DNA of 46,232 nucleotides from Bacilli bacterium (GCA_045535005.1 JAZSKU010000043.1:1-46232); one strand, 5' to 3'; positions 27,680-38,671 are shown, counted from the first letter of the stretch. A program made the numbers and translations. The notes: generated from the letters alone by a model not told the origin.

Positions 27680-28030
27680 ATGGAAACTTATAGTATACAT
27701 AAAGGTGCTCAAATAGCACCAAGAAAAGCAAGAATGACTCTTGATCTTATTAGAGGTAAAAATGTATCTCAAGCTGAAGCAATTCTACTTACTACAAATA
27801 CTAAAGCAAGTAGATTAATAATTAAAGTTCTAAATTCTGCAGTTGCAAACGCTGTTAATAACTTTGGAGCTAAGAAAGAAGATTTAGTTATCAAAGAAAC
27901 TTATATTAATGAAGGAAGAACATTAAAGAGAAGTAAAGCTGCATCTCACTCAAGAGTTGCTAAAAATTATCATAGAACAAGTCATATTTATGTTTGTGTA
28001 ACTGATAATATGACAGAGAAGGAGGACTAA
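27680..28030 (+). CDS. rplV: 50S ribosomal protein L22
   Basis: PRKAR...DLIRGK, SAVANA.NN, RTSHI. Confidence 0.96.
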   Translation: METYSIHKGAQIAPRKARMTLDLIRGKNVSQAEAILLTTNTKASRLIIKVLNSAVANAVNNFGAKKEDLVIKETYINEGRTLKRSKAASHSRVAKNYHRTSHIYVCVTDNMTEKED

Positions 28031-28032
28031 AC

Positions 28033-28710
28033 ATGGGGCAAAAAGTTAATCCAGTCGGACTTAGAATAGGTGTTAATAGAGACTGGGAAAGTAAATGGTA
28101 TGCACCAACTAAAGATTTTGCTAAATATTTAAATAGTGATCTTAAAATTAGAGAATATTTAGATAAAGCATTAAAAGGATGTTCAGTTGCTTCTATCGTT
28201 ATCGAAAGAAATAATAAAAGAACTAATGTAATTATCAATACATCTAAACCTGGTATCGTTATTGGTAAAGGTGGAGCTGATATTGAAAAACATAAAAAAG
28301 CTCTTCAAAAATTAACAGGAGAAGAAATCTATTTATCAATCGTTGAAGTTAAAAATCCTGATTTAAATGCTGCTTTAGTAGCTGAATCAATTGCACTTCA
28401 AATTCAAAATAGAGCTTCATTTAGAGCTGTTCAAAAGAGAGCTATTAGAAATACAATGAAGGCAGGAGCTGTTGGTATTAAAATCGCTGTTTCTGGACGT
28501 TTAGCTGGTGCTGAAATGGCTAGAACAGAAGGTTATACTGAAGGAACTGTACCTCTACATACTTTAAGAGCTGATATTGATTATGCTCATAAAGAAGCTG
28601 ATACAATCTACGGAAAGATCGGTGTAAAGGTATGGATTTACAAAGGTGAAATACTTCCTGCTAAAAAAATAAAGGGAGGTAATAAAGATGTTAATTCCAA
28701 AGAGAACTAA
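28033..28710 (+). CDS. rpsC: 30S ribosomal protein S3
   Basis: [35 protein letters not shown]. Confidence 0.98.
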   Translation: MGQKVNPVGLRIGVNRDWESKWYAPTKDFAKYLNSDLKIREYLDKALKGCSVASIVIERNNKRTNVIINTSKPGIVIGKGGADIEKHKKALQKLTGEEIYLSIVEVKNPDLNAALVAESIALQIQNRASFRAVQKRAIRNTMKAGAVGIKIAVSGRLAGAEMARTEGYTEGTVPLHTLRADIDYAHKEADTIYGKIGVKVWIYKGEILPAKKIKGGNKDVNSKEN

Positions 28711-29110
28711 ATATAGAAAACCTCATAGAATAAGTTACGAAGGTAAAGCTAAAGGAAATATCGTTCTTACTCAAGGTGAATATGGTCTTATGGCTAAAGA
28801 AGGGTCATATATTACAGCTAGACAAATCGAAGCTGCAAGAATTGCTATGACTCGTTATATGAAAAGCTTTAAGAGAGGTAAAGTATTTATTAATATTTTC
28901 CCACATTTAGCAAGAACTAAAAAACCTGCTGAAGTTCGTATGGGTAGTGGAAAAGGTAATGTTGAAGAATGGGCAGCAGTAGTTAAAGCTGGTAAAATCA
29001 TGTTCGAAATGACTGATGTAACAGAAGAAATTGCTCGTGAAGCATTCAGATTAGCTAGTCATAAACTACCAATCAAAACAAAATTTGTAGTAAAGGAAGT
29101 GGCTAAATAA
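28688..29110 (+). CDS. rplP: 50S ribosomal protein L16
   Basis: [23 protein letters not shown]. Confidence 0.98.
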   Translation: MLIPKRTKYRKPHRISYEGKAKGNIVLTQGEYGLMAKEGSYITARQIEAARIAMTRYMKSFKRGKVFINIFPHLARTKKPAEVRMGSGKGNVEEWAAVVKAGKIMFEMTDVTEEIAREAFRLASHKLPIKTKFVVKEVAK

Positions 29111-29322
29111 TGAAAGTACAAGAATTAAGAAAATTAACCACTGAAGATTTAAATAAGAAATTAGACGAATTTAAAAAAGAATTATTTAATTTAAAATTCT
29201 CTGCTTCAACTGGTAATCTAGAAAAACCTCATAGAATTAAAGAATTAAGACATGATGTTGCTAGAATTAAAACAGTTATCAAAGAACGTGAATTAAATGA
29301 AGGTAAGGAGGCTAGTAAGTAA
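29110..29322 (+). CDS. rpmC: 50S ribosomal protein L29
   Basis: ELFNLKF..TG.L..PHRI...R.DVARIKT. Confidence 0.96.
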   Translation: MKVQELRKLTTEDLNKKLDEFKKELFNLKFSASTGNLEKPHRIKELRHDVARIKTVIKERELNEGKEASK

Positions 29323-29579
29323 TGGAAAAAGTTAAACAAGAATTAGTTGGAAAAGTTGTTAGTGCTAAGAATGATAAGACTATTACAATAGCTGTTGTTA
29401 CTTATAAAAAGCATCCACTTTACAATAAAAATGTAAAAACTACTAAAAAATATGCAGTACATGATGAGGATAACAAAGCTAAGGTTGGAGATACAATAAA
29501 AGCTGTATCTTGTCGCCCTCTATCTAAAACTAAAAGATATACATTAGATAGTATCGTTGAAGAAGCTGTTATTCTTTAA
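29322..29579 (+). CDS. rpsQ: 30S ribosomal protein S17
   Basis: [26 protein letters not shown]. Confidence 0.97.
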   Translation: MEKVKQELVGKVVSAKNDKTITIAVVTYKKHPLYNKNVKTTKKYAVHDEDNKAKVGDTIKAVSCRPLSKTKRYTLDSIVEEAVIL

Positions 29580-29597
29580 TTAAGAAAGGAGAGAGTT

Positions 29598-29966
29598 ATG
29601 ATACAACCAGAAAGCCGTTTAAAGGTAGCTGACAATTCAGGCGCTCGTGAAATCTTAGTAATCAGAGTACTTGGTGGAAGCAAAGTAAAAAGCGGAAATA
29701 TCGGAGATGTAGTTGTTGGAACTGTTAAAAAAGCTATTCCAAACTCAACTACACCAAAAGGAAAAGTAGTAAAAGCTGTTATTGTTAGAACAGTTCAAGG
29801 TGTAAGCAGAGCAGATGGAAGTCATATTAAATTTGATGATAATGCATGCGTACTAATCAAAGATGATAATAGTCCTGTAGGAACTCGTGTTCTAGGACCT
29901 GTAGCTCGTGAACTTCGTGATAAGAACTATATGAAAATTGTTTCACTAGCTCCAGAAGTGTTATAG
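29598..29966 (+). CDS. rplN: 50S ribosomal protein L14
   Basis: [34 protein letters not shown]. Confidence 0.98.
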   Translation: MIQPESRLKVADNSGAREILVIRVLGGSKVKSGNIGDVVVGTVKKAIPNSTTPKGKVVKAVIVRTVQGVSRADGSHIKFDDNACVLIKDDNSPVGTRVLGPVARELRDKNYMKIVSLAPEVL

Positions 29967-29977
29967 GAGGAAGAGTC

Positions 29978-30271
29978 ATGGGAATAAAAGTTGGAGATAA
30001 TGTTAAAGTTATCACTGGTAGTAACAAAGGAAAAGAAGGAAAAGTTCTTAAGATTTTTAGAAAAGAATCAAGAGTTTTAGTTGATGGTGTAAATATTGTT
30101 AAAAAACATGTTAGACCTAATGCTCAAAATGAAACTGGTGGAATTCTAGAAGTTGAAGCTCCTATTCATATTTCTAATGTTAAACTAGTTGATAAGAAAG
30201 AAACTAAAAAAGAAGTTAAGAAGGAAGTTAAAGAAAAGAAGGCTTCTAAGAAAAAAGAAGAAAGTAAGTAG
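29978..30271 (+). CDS. rplX: 50S ribosomal protein L24
   Basis: [20 protein letters not shown] motif, EAPIHISNV. Confidence 0.96.
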   Translation: MGIKVGDNVKVITGSNKGKEGKVLKIFRKESRVLVDGVNIVKKHVRPNAQNETGGILEVEAPIHISNVKLVDKKETKKEVKKEVKEKKASKKKEESK

Positions 30272-30278
30272 GTGAATT

Positions 30279-30818
30279 ATGGAAACATTAAAAAAATTAT
30301 ATGAAGAAGAAATAGTTCCAAATTTAACTAAAAAGTTTAACTACACTACTAAAATGCAAGTTCCACGTTTAGAAAAAATCGTTTTAAACATGGGTGTAGG
30401 TGATGCATTAGCAGATCAAAAATATTTAGATGCAGCTGTTAAAGACTTAGAAGCAATTTCTGGTCAAAAACCAGTTGTTACAACTGCTAAGAAATCAATT
30501 GCAGGTTTCAAACTTAGAGAAGGAAACAAAATTGGTTGTAAGGTTACTTTAAGAGGAGACAATATGTACTCATTCTTAGAAAAATTAATTACAATTGCAC
30601 TTCCAAGAGTTAGAGACTTTAGAGGAATATCTAAAAATAGTTTTGATGGTAGAGGAAATTATACTCTAGGTATCAAAGAACAATTAGTATTTCCTGAAGT
30701 AGAATATGATCAAGTTATTAAAGTTAGAGGTTTAGATGTTGTTATCGTTACAACTGCTGAATCTAATGAAGAAGCTTTAGCTTTATTAACTGAATTTGGG
30801 TTACCTTTTAGAAAGTAA
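30279..30818 (+). CDS. rplE: 50S ribosomal protein L5
   Basis: [29 protein letters not shown]. Confidence 0.98.
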   Translation: METLKKLYEEEIVPNLTKKFNYTTKMQVPRLEKIVLNMGVGDALADQKYLDAAVKDLEAISGQKPVVTTAKKSIAGFKLREGNKIGCKVTLRGDNMYSFLEKLITIALPRVRDFRGISKNSFDGRGNYTLGIKEQLVFPEVEYDQVIKVRGLDVVIVTTAESNEEALALLTEFGLPFRK

Positions 30819-30832
30819 GAAAGGAAATATTT

Positions 30833-31018
30833 ATGGCAAAGAAAAGTAAAGTAATAGCTCAACAAAGAGGAAGTAAATTTTCTACAAGAAATTATTCTAG
30901 ATGTTCAAGATGTGGTCGTCCACATGGTGTTTTAAGTAAATTTGGTTTATGTCGTATATGCTTTAGAGAATTAGCATATAAAGGACAAATTCCAGGTGTT
31001 AAAAAATCTAGTTGGTAA
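30833..31018 (+). CDS. rpsN: 30S ribosomal protein S14 (short zinc-binding type Z)
   Basis: 61 aa, CSRCGRP...[13 protein letters not shown]. Confidence 0.97.
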   Translation: MAKKSKVIAQQRGSKFSTRNYSRCSRCGRPHGVLSKFGLCRICFRELAYKGQIPGVKKSSW

Positions 31019-31025
31019 TATATAA

Positions 31026-31277
31026 ATGGACAATGTGTTTTTTATAGAAGCTTTATTGACTGCTGAAGCAAGCACATATATGAAATATGCTAGTATAAAA
31101 AAATCTTTGTTGGAAAAAGCTAATGTTGATGAAACGTTAGTACAAGAATGCGATGTCATCATGCAAACTTGTACATCAAAAATAGAAAAATTAAATAAAC
31201 AATTAAATGGATTAGTAAATCCGCAACCAAACATTAACAGGCAGATGTTAATAAGAAGGGAGGCCTATAATGGTTAA
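31026..31277 (+). CDS. Hypothetical 83-aa protein inserted in the spc operon
   Basis: Open frame fills the rpsN-rpsH gap, starting 7 nt after the rpsN stop and overlapping the rpsH start; no clear SD; codon use differs from neighbours. Confidence 0.5.
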   Translation: MDNVFFIEALLTAEASTYMKYASIKKSLLEKANVDETLVQECDVIMQTCTSKIEKLNKQLNGLVNPQPNINRQMLIRREAYNG

Positions 31278-31665
31278 TGACACTATAGCAGATATGCTTA
31301 CAAGAATTCGTAATGCTAATGCTATGAAATATAAAACTGTTGAAATACCTGGTACTAAGATGACTAAAGGTATCGCAGATATTTTAACTAAAGAAGGTTT
31401 TATTGATGGTTATGACACTAATAAATTAGCTGTTGGTGAAGTGATCGTGTTAAAACTAAAATATTCAAAAACTAAAGAAAGAGTAATCACTGGTTTAAAA
31501 AGAATTAGTAAGCCAGGATTACGTGTATATGCTAAAGCTGATGAAATGCCAAGAGTACTTAATGGATTAGGTATTGCTATTGTTTCTACATCAGAAGGAT
31601 TAATGACTGATAAAGAAGCTAGAAGTAAAAAACTTGGTGGAGAAGTTTTAGCTTACGTATGGTAG
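31270..31665 (+). CDS. rpsH: 30S ribosomal protein S8
   Basis: [36 protein letters not shown]. Confidence 0.98.
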   Translation: MVNDTIADMLTRIRNANAMKYKTVEIPGTKMTKGIADILTKEGFIDGYDTNKLAVGEVIVLKLKYSKTKERVITGLKRISKPGLRVYAKADEMPRVLNGLGIAIVSTSEGLMTDKEARSKKLGGEVLAYVW

Positions 31666-31672
31666 GTGTGTT

Positions 31673-32218
31673 ATGAGTAGAATCGGAAATAGAATATTAA
31701 CTATTCCTGCTGGAGTAGAAGTAAATATTGATGGAAATAAAATAACAACTAAAGGACCAAAAGGAACACTTGAATTTGTTTATAAAAATTCAAATGTTGA
31801 TGTTAAAGCTGAAGATGGAAAAATTGTAATTACTAGAAAAAATGATTTAAAAGTTTCTAAACAATTACATGGAACTACAAACGCAGTTATTAACAATATG
31901 CTAATTGGTGTAAGTGAAGGATTCAAACGTGAACTTGAAATTAACGGTGTTGGTTATAGATTCCAAGTTCAAGGAAACAAAATTACTGTTTCTGCTGGTT
32001 ATTCTCATCCAGTTATCGTTGAAATTCCAGAAGGTATTAAAGTTGAAATGCCTGAAAAATCTACTACTGAATTAGTAATTAGCGGGTATGATAAACAAGC
32101 AGTATCTGAATTTGCTGCTAATATCAGAAAAATAAGAAAACCAGAACCATATAAAGGTAAAGGTATTAAGTTTAAAGAAGAACATATCCGTCGTAAAGAA
32201 GGAAAGAAAGCTGCATAG
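31673..32218 (+). CDS. rplF: 50S ribosomal protein L6
   Basis: MSRIG, GVGYR, GYSHP, PEPYKGKGI. Confidence 0.98.
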   Translation: MSRIGNRILTIPAGVEVNIDGNKITTKGPKGTLEFVYKNSNVDVKAEDGKIVITRKNDLKVSKQLHGTTNAVINNMLIGVSEGFKRELEINGVGYRFQVQGNKITVSAGYSHPVIVEIPEGIKVEMPEKSTTELVISGYDKQAVSEFAANIRKIRKPEPYKGKGIKFKEEHIRRKEGKKAA

Positions 32219-32231
32219 GAGGTAAAAGAAT

Positions 32232-32585
32232 ATGATAAAAAAAGAATCAAAAAATGATATGAGAATTAAAAGACATAAAAAAATTAGAAAAACTTTATCT
32301 GGTACAGATGTAACTCCTAGACTTTGTGTATTTAGAAGTAATAGTGCTATCTATGCACAAGTTATTGACGATGTTAAAGGTGTAACATTAGTTAGCTCTT
32401 CTTCTTTAGAACTAAAATGTAAAAACAATAATCTTGAAGCTGCTGCTGCAGTAGGAAAAGATATTGCTGAAAAAGCTAAAAAAGCTAAGATCGAAACTGT
32501 TGTATTTGATCGTGGTGGATATCTATATCACGGAAGAGTTAAAGCATTAGCTGAAGCTGCTCGTGAAAATGGACTAGAATTCTAG
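32232..32585 (+). CDS. rplR: 50S ribosomal protein L18
   Basis: [21 protein letters not shown]. Confidence 0.98.
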   Translation: MIKKESKNDMRIKRHKKIRKTLSGTDVTPRLCVFRSNSAIYAQVIDDVKGVTLVSSSSLELKCKNNNLEAAAAVGKDIAEKAKKAKIETVVFDRGGYLYHGRVKALAEAARENGLEF

Positions 32586-32597
32586 GGAGGAAATGAA

Positions 32598-33113
32598 ATG
32601 AACGGTAATAAAAGAACTGAACGTGAACCTAAGAAATTATATGAAGATAAAATTATTTCTATAGGTAAAGTTACTAAAGTTACTCAAGGTGGACGTAATT
32701 TTAGATTCTCAGCTACTGTTGCTGTTGGTGACAGAAAAGGTAAAGTTGGTATAGGTACTGGAAAATCTAAAGAAATTCCTGTAGCTGTAAGTAAGGCTAT
32801 CAAAGAAGCTGAGAAAAATTTAGTACATGTTGATTTAGTTGACGGAAGAACAATATCTCATGAAGTTACTGGTGTGTGTGGTGCTGCTAAGATTTTAATT
32901 AGACCTGCTAAAGCTGGTCGTGGAATTATCGCTGGTGGAGCATCAAGAATAGTTTTAGAACTTGCTGGTGTTAAAGATGTAGTTGCTAAATCTTTAGGAA
33001 GCAATACTCAAATTAATACTGCTAAGGCTACTATTAAAGCATTAGAATCTCAAAGAACTATTGCTCATGTTGCTAGTCTTCGTGGAAAAACTGTTGAGGA
33101 GGTCTTAAAATAA
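32598..33113 (+). CDS. rpsE: 30S ribosomal protein S5
   Basis: KVT.GGR.FRF, VGD.KGKVG, GIIAGG, KSLGS. Confidence 0.98.
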   Translation: MNGNKRTEREPKKLYEDKIISIGKVTKVTQGGRNFRFSATVAVGDRKGKVGIGTGKSKEIPVAVSKAIKEAEKNLVHVDLVDGRTISHEVTGVCGAAKILIRPAKAGRGIIAGGASRIVLELAGVKDVVAKSLGSNTQINTAKATIKALESQRTIAHVASLRGKTVEEVLK

Positions 33114-33556
33114 TGAAATTACATGAATTAAGTAAAGTTGAAGGATCAACTCATAGAAGAAAAGTTGTTGGACGTGGACCAGGTAGTGGACATGGTAAAA
33201 CATCTGGACGTGGAGAAAAAGGACAAAAAGCTAGAAGTGGTGGCGGAGTTCATGCATGGTTTGAAGGTGGACAAACTCCATTATTCAAAAGATTACCAAG
33301 ACGTGGATTTAATAATGCTAGATTCGCTACTAAATATGCTATTGTAAATGTTTCAGATTTAAATAGATTTAAAGATGGAGATGTTGTTACTCCTGAATTA
33401 TTAAAAGAATCTGGATTAGTGAAAAAAGAATTATGTGGAATTAAAGTATTAGGAAATGGTACTTTAGAAAAGAAATTAACTGTTAAAGCTAATTTATTTA
33501 CTAACAGTGCTATTGCAAAAATAGAAGAGTTAGGTGGAACTACGGAGGTGATTTAA
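33113..33556 (+). CDS. rplO: 50S ribosomal protein L15
   Basis: [33 protein letters not shown]. Confidence 0.98.
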   Translation: MKLHELSKVEGSTHRRKVVGRGPGSGHGKTSGRGEKGQKARSGGGVHAWFEGGQTPLFKRLPRRGFNNARFATKYAIVNVSDLNRFKDGDVVTPELLKESGLVKKELCGIKVLGNGTLEKKLTVKANLFTNSAIAKIEELGGTTEVI

Positions 33557-33557
33557 G

Positions 33558-34811
33558 ATGTTTGCTACATTTAAGCAAATATTTAGATCTTCTAACAAAG
33601 ATTTAAGAGTTAGAATATTATTTACTCTTGGAGTTCTATTCATCTTTGCTCTTGGAAACTCAATTACTATTCCAGGTATGGATGTAATAGTTGGTGATAT
33701 AGGTTTCCTTGAATTATTTAATGCTATGAGTGGTGGAGGTCTAAAACAATTTTCAATTTTTGCTTTAGGTGTTATGCCATATATCACAGCATCTATCATA
33801 GTTCAAATATTACAAATGGATATTATTCCTTACTTTAAGGAATTAAAAGAAATGGGAGAAGAAGGTAGAAGAAAAATCAATAAGATAACTAGATATTCTG
33901 GTTTAATTATTGCTTTTGTACAAGGTTTCTTCTATCCAATGATGTTTCTTGGTAAATCTTTAGAACCTATCCAATATTTCAATATTGCTATAATATTAAC
34001 TGCAGGTACTGCATTCTTATTATGGTTAGGTGACCAAATTACTAATAAAGGAATTGGAAATGGTGTTTCATTATTAATCATGGCTGGTATTGTTAATACT
34101 TTACCAAATATGTTTGTAACAGCATTTAATGATTTAATTCCTGGTGCATCAAATGCATTAATTGCTTGGTTAAGTTTTGGATTATTTATCCTATTATACT
34201 TAGTAATTATTGTTGGTGTAATTTGGGTTCAAGAAGCTGAAAGAAGAATTCCAATTCAATATTCAAATAGAAGTGCATCAAGTTATGGTGGACAACAATC
34301 TTTTTTACCATTAAGATTGAATTCAGCTGGTGTTATGCCAGTTATCATTGGTAGTGTTATCATGGGTATACCTACTATACTTACTTATTTTATAAAGAAT
34401 CCTGGATTTGTTAATGTAGTTAATAACTATTTATCAACAACTAAACCAGTTGGATTTGTTATATATATTGCATTAATTGTTATATTTACTTATGTTTATA
34501 CATTCTTAACAATTAATCCTGAAGAATTAAGTAAGAACTTAAATAAAAATGGTGGTTACATTCCTGGGGTAAGACCTGGTAGTGAAACTAAAAAATATAT
34601 TTCAAAAGTTTTAGGTAGAATTACATTTATGGGTGCTATATTTATAGCTGTTATAGCTGCACTTCCAACAGTATTTACTGCTGTTAGTGGTATGAGTAGT
34701 ACTATTCAATTAGGTGGTACTTCTATATTAATCGCTGTAGGTGTATTACTTGAAACTTATAAACAACTTGAAAGTTCTGTTGCATCAAGAAATTATAATA
34801 ATAGGAGATAA
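33558..34811 (+). CDS. secY: Preprotein translocase subunit SecY
   Basis: SIFALGVMPYITASII.Q, WLGDQIT.KGIGNG.S, IPGVRPG, GGTSILI.VGV. Confidence 0.98.
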   Translation: MFATFKQIFRSSNKDLRVRILFTLGVLFIFALGNSITIPGMDVIVGDIGFLELFNAMSGGGLKQFSIFALGVMPYITASIIVQILQMDIIPYFKELKEMGEEGRRKINKITRYSGLIIAFVQGFFYPMMFLGKSLEPIQYFNIAIILTAGTAFLLWLGDQITNKGIGNGVSLLIMAGIVNTLPNMFVTAFNDLIPGASNALIAWLSFGLFILLYLVIIVGVIWVQEAERRIPIQYSNRSASSYGGQQSFLPLRLNSAGVMPVIIGSVIMGIPTILTYFIKNPGFVNVVNNYLSTTKPVGFVIYIALIVIFTYVYTFLTINPEELSKNLNKNGGYIPGVRPGSETKKYISKVLGRITFMGAIFIAVIAALPTVFTAVSGMSSTIQLGGTSILIAVGVLLETYKQLESSVASRNYNNRR

Positions 34812-34814
34812 TAA

Positions 34815-35462
34815 ATGAATTTAATATTAATTGCTCCACCTGCTGCAGGTAAAGGTACTTTAGCTTCTATGTTAGTAGAAAAATATGGTATGGTTACTAT
34901 TTCTGCGGGTGAACTTTTAAGGGGTGTTGATCCTAATACTGAATTAGGAAAAAAGATTAGAGATATTCAATCTAGAAGAGAATTAGTTGATGATTCTATT
35001 ACTAATAAATTAATGGAAGATAGGCTTTCTCAACCAGATGTTAACAATGGATTTATACTTGATGGTTATCCAAGACATATGCCTCAAGTAGATGCTATTA
35101 ATGATATTTGTGAAAGATTGAATTTAAAAATTGACTATGCTGTTCTATTAAATGTTGATTTTGATATGGCACTTAAGAGAACACTAGGTAGACAAATTTG
35201 TCCAAATTGTAAACAAACATATAATAGACTAACTGGAGTTAATCCTCCAAAAGTTGAAAATATGTGTAATGATTGTAATGTTGAATTAGTTACTAGAAAT
35301 GATGATAATGAAGAAACTTTTAAAAAAGGTTTTGAAGCTTATTTAGAAAACTGTGCACCTGTTATAGATTATTATAGATCTAAAGGTATACTAGTTGAAA
35401 TCGATGGTTCTGGTTCTGCTGATAACACATTTGAACAATTTGAGAGTATTATAAGGAAGTAA
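34815..35462 (+). CDS. adk: Adenylate kinase (zinc-binding LID)
   Basis: PPAAGKGT, GFILDGYPR, CPNC...CNDC, R.DD. Confidence 0.95.
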   Translation: MNLILIAPPAAGKGTLASMLVEKYGMVTISAGELLRGVDPNTELGKKIRDIQSRRELVDDSITNKLMEDRLSQPDVNNGFILDGYPRHMPQVDAINDICERLNLKIDYAVLLNVDFDMALKRTLGRQICPNCKQTYNRLTGVNPPKVENMCNDCNVELVTRNDDNEETFKKGFEAYLENCAPVIDYYRSKGILVEIDGSGSADNTFEQFESIIRK

Positions 35463-35465
35463 TAA

Positions 35466-36215
35466 ATGATTAGTATTAAGAGTGAACAAGAAATTGAGTT
35501 AATGAAAGCATCTGGTAAAATAACTTATGGTGTTTTAAGTAGTCTTAAGGATTTTATTAAACCTGGGATTACAACTAAAGATATAGATAAATTTGTTTAT
35601 GACTATATTGTTAGTCATGATGCGACTCCTTCATTTCTTGGATATGAAGGGTATCCCGCAAGTGCTTGTGTCAGTATTAATGATGTTGTAGTACACGGGA
35701 TCCCAAATGATACTAAATTAAAATCTGGTGATATAGTTTCTGTTGACGTTGGTTCTATATATAAAGGATATCATTCAGATTCTGCTTATACTTATTTAGT
35801 AGGTGAAGTAGATCAAAAAACTAAGAAATTAGTTTCAGATACTAAGGATGCTTTATATAAAGGACTTAGCGTAATTAAAAACGGAGTTAACTTAAACGAT
35901 GTTTGTTCTGCTATAGAAAGTATTGCATTAGAAAATGGTTATGGAGTATTTACTTGTTTAACTGGACACGGCGTTGGTCGTGAGTTACATGAGGACCCTT
36001 TCATTCCAAACTATAGCAATAAGGAAAGTAAAAATGTTATTTTGAAATCTGGTATGACTTTAGCAATAGAACCAATGTTTAGTTTAGGTACTAAGGAAGT
36101 GTGGTTACTTGAAGATGAGTGGACAATAACTACTCAAGATGGAAGTAATGCTGCACACTTCGAACATACAATTCTTGTAACTGATGAAGGTTATGAGATA
36201 TTAACGGGAGAGTGA
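35466..36215 (+). CDS. map: Methionine aminopeptidase type I
   Basis: VVHGIP, DVG, HSDSA, GHGVG..LHE.P, IEPM, AHFEHT; TGA stop. Confidence 0.97.
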   Translation: MISIKSEQEIELMKASGKITYGVLSSLKDFIKPGITTKDIDKFVYDYIVSHDATPSFLGYEGYPASACVSINDVVVHGIPNDTKLKSGDIVSVDVGSIYKGYHSDSAYTYLVGEVDQKTKKLVSDTKDALYKGLSVIKNGVNLNDVCSAIESIALENGYGVFTCLTGHGVGRELHEDPFIPNYSNKESKNVILKSGMTLAIEPMFSLGTKEVWLLEDEWTITTQDGSNAAHFEHTILVTDEGYEILTGE

Positions 36216-36219
36216 AAAC

Positions 36220-36441
36220 ATGGCCAAGGAAAAAGACGGTTATATTGAACTTGAAGGAAAGGTATTAGAAATCTTACCTGGAGGAGACTTTAAGGTAAAA
36301 TTAGATAACGGGCATATAGTAGAAGCTCGCGTTTCTGGGAAAATGCGTTTAAACATGATTCGTATTTATCCAGGCGATACTGTGCTTATGGAAATACCAA
36401 TTTGTGATTTAACACGCGGGCGTATAATTTATAGAAAGTAA
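36220..36441 (+). CDS. infA: Translation initiation factor IF-1
   Basis: EGKV.E.LP, SGKMR...[17 protein letters not shown]. Confidence 0.96.
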   Translation: MAKEKDGYIELEGKVLEILPGGDFKVKLDNGHIVEARVSGKMRLNMIRIYPGDTVLMEIPICDLTRGRIIYRK

Positions 36442-36455
36442 ATGGAGGGATTAAA

Positions 36456-36569
36456 GTGAAAGTAAGACCATCAGTAAAGAAAATTTGCGATAAATGCAAA
36501 ATTATTAAGAGAAACGGAAAAGTTTGGGTTATTTGTGAAAATCCTAAACATAAACAAAGACAAGGATAA
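36456..36569 (+). CDS. rpmJ: 50S ribosomal protein L36 (absent from the supplied ORF track)
   Basis: GTG start after GGAGGG SD; [37 protein letters not shown] translated by hand. Confidence 0.97.
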   Translation: MKVRPSVKKICDKCKIIKRNGKVWVICENPKHKQRQG

Positions 36570-36582
36570 GTAGGAGGAAAAT

Positions 36583-36948
36583 ATGGCACGTATTAAAAAT
36601 ATTGACTTACCAAAAAATAAAAGAATAGTAGTAGCACTTACTTATATTTATGGAATTGGTCCAACTAGAGCACAAGAAATTTGTACATCTGCTAATGTTA
36701 GTGTAGACACTAGAACTGATAATTTAACAGTTGAAGAAATTAATCGTTTAAGAGCTGAAGCTGATAAATATGTATTAGTTGGTGACTTAAAAAGAGAAGT
36801 AGAAATGAATATTAAAACTAAGATGGAAATCAATTCTTATCAAGGTACAAGACATAAAAAAGGCTTACCAGTTAGAGGACAAAGAACTAGTAGAAACGCT
36901 AGAACTCGTAAGGGTAAAGGTAAGACTATTGCTAATAAGAAGAAATAG
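36583..36948 (+). CDS. rpsM: 30S ribosomal protein S13
   Basis: MARI...[27 protein letters not shown]. Confidence 0.98.
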   Translation: MARIKNIDLPKNKRIVVALTYIYGIGPTRAQEICTSANVSVDTRTDNLTVEEINRLRAEADKYVLVGDLKREVEMNIKTKMEINSYQGTRHKKGLPVRGQRTSRNARTRKGKGKTIANKKK

Positions 36949-36960
36949 GAGGGATAACTT

Positions 36961-37344
36961 ATGGCTTATAATAGAAGAAAAAGAAAAGCAAAGAGAGATA
37001 TCACTGAAGGACAAGCTCATATTCACTCTACATTTAATAACACTATAGTTACTGTTACTGATAACAATGGTGGTGTAATTAGTTGGGCATCTTCAGGAAC
37101 TGTCGGATATAAAGGTAGTAAAAAGAAAACTCCTTTTGCTGCTGGTATGAGTGCTGAAGCTGCTGGTAAAGCTGCTTATGATGCTGGAATCAGAAAAGTA
37201 GAAGTTTTTGTTAAAGGAATTGGTGGAGGACGTGAAACTGCTGTTAGAAGTTTACAAACAGCTGGGTTAGAAATAACTGCTATTAATGACGTTACACCAG
37301 TACCACACAACGGATGTAGACCACCTAAGAGAAGACGTATATAG
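36961..37344 (+). CDS. rpsK: 30S ribosomal protein S11
   Basis: [31 protein letters not shown]. Confidence 0.98.
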   Translation: MAYNRRKRKAKRDITEGQAHIHSTFNNTIVTVTDNNGGVISWASSGTVGYKGSKKKTPFAAGMSAEAAGKAAYDAGIRKVEVFVKGIGGGRETAVRSLQTAGLEITAINDVTPVPHNGCRPPKRRRI

Positions 37345-37369
37345 TTAAAAAGGAAGGGGAATAAATATC

Positions 37370-38317
37370 ATGTTAAAATTTATTAAACCAGATTATAAAG
37401 TAAACGAATATGTTGAAAGTAATTATTATGGAAAGTTTGTTTTAGAACCACTAGAAAGAGGTTTTGGACATACTTTAGGTAATGCTCTTAGAAGAGTTAT
37501 GTTATCAAGTTTAGAAGGAAGTGCTATCACTGATATTAAAATTGAAGGTGTTATGCATGAATTCCAAAAAATCGATGGAGTAGTAGAAGATGTTACTGAG
37601 ATCATTCTTAACTTAAAGAAATTAGTTTTAAAGAATCATAGTGAAGAAGATCAAGTGTTACATTTAAAAGCTAATAAAGAAGGAGAAGTTTATGCTTCTA
37701 GTATTGAAAAGAATGCTGAAGTTGAAGTTATTAATCCTGATTTATTAATTGCTACAATATCTAAAGGCGGAAGTCTTGATATGACTATGACTGTATCAAA
37801 TGGTCGTGGATGGGTTGATGGACGTGAAAACGCTAAAAATGTTAAAGATATAGTTGGAGCTATCGGTGTAGATTCAATTTATAGTCCAATTGAAAGAATT
37901 AGTTATGAAGTTGAAAGTGCTCGTGTAGGGCAAAGTGAAAACTATGATAAATTAATTATGAATGTATGGACTAATGGATCTATTAAACCAGAAGAAGCTA
38001 TTTCTAAAGCGGCTAAAATCATTATTGATCATTTTGAAGTTGTTACTGATTTATATAATTTAACAGGTCTTGAAAGTGTATTAGCTGATAAAGAAGAAAA
38101 TTCTACTCAAAAGACATTAGAAACTCCTATTGAAGAATTAGATTTATCTGTAAGAGCTTATAATTGTCTTAAGAGAGATGCTATTCATACTTTACAAGAT
38201 TTAACATCAAAAAGCGAAGCTGAGATGATGAAAATTAGAAATCTTGGTAAGAAATCATTAAAAGAAGTTTTAGATAAAGTTAGAGATATGGGACTTAAGT
38301 TCCGCGATGAAGATTAG
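37370..38317 (+). CDS. rpoA: RNA polymerase alpha subunit
   Basis: EPLERGFG.TLGNALRR, LSVRAYNCL, IRNLGKKS. Confidence 0.98.
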   Translation: MLKFIKPDYKVNEYVESNYYGKFVLEPLERGFGHTLGNALRRVMLSSLEGSAITDIKIEGVMHEFQKIDGVVEDVTEIILNLKKLVLKNHSEEDQVLHLKANKEGEVYASSIEKNAEVEVINPDLLIATISKGGSLDMTMTVSNGRGWVDGRENAKNVKDIVGAIGVDSIYSPIERISYEVESARVGQSENYDKLIMNVWTNGSIKPEEAISKAAKIIIDHFEVVTDLYNLTGLESVLADKEENSTQKTLETPIEELDLSVRAYNCLKRDAIHTLQDLTSKSEAEMMKIRNLGKKSLKEVLDKVRDMGLKFRDED

Positions 38318-38326
38318 GAGGATACA

Positions 38327-38671
38327 ATGGCATTATATAGAAAATTAAATAGAGAAACTCGTGTAAGAAGAAGTATTCTTTCTAGTTTAACTAAAGATGT
38401 TCTTGAAAATGGTCATGTTAATACAACACAAGAAAGAGCTAAAGAAGTTCGTAAATTTGTTGAAAAGATGATTACATATGCTAAAAAGGGTGATTTAGTT
38501 TCTAGAAGAAAAGCTCTTGCATTCTTAAATAATGATAAAGATTTAGTTAAGAAATTATTCGATGAATATGCTGTTACTTATAAAGATAGAAAAGGTGGAT
38601 ATACTAGAATAATTAAACTTAAAGAAAGAATCGGAGACGATGCTTTAATCGTTCGTTTAGAATTAGTATAA
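38327..38671 (+). CDS. rplQ: 50S ribosomal protein L17
   Basis: TT..RAKEVR..VEKMIT.AK, R.GGYTRIIK. Confidence 0.97.
   Translation: MALYRKLNRETRVRRSILSSLTKDVLENGHVNTTQERAKEVRKFVEKMITYAKKGDLVSRRKALAFLNNDKDLVKKLFDEYAVTYKDRKGGYTRIIKLKERIGDDALIVRLELV

Noticed and set aside
5098-36833. Short minus-strand and alternate-frame ORFs in the track (e.g. 5098-5325, 14468-14665, 15385-15591, 21216-21410, 23594-23866, 25889-26158, 27422-27772, 27960-28238, 30971-31234, 32005-32250, 33138-33347, 33530-33799, 36386-36589, 36648-36833)
   Set aside because: They overlap well-supported + strand genes and have no recognisable motifs, as expected for shadow frames of biased codon usage
37345-37369. Absence of rpsD from the alpha operon
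   Set aside because: Normal for Bacilli, where rpsD is encoded elsewhere
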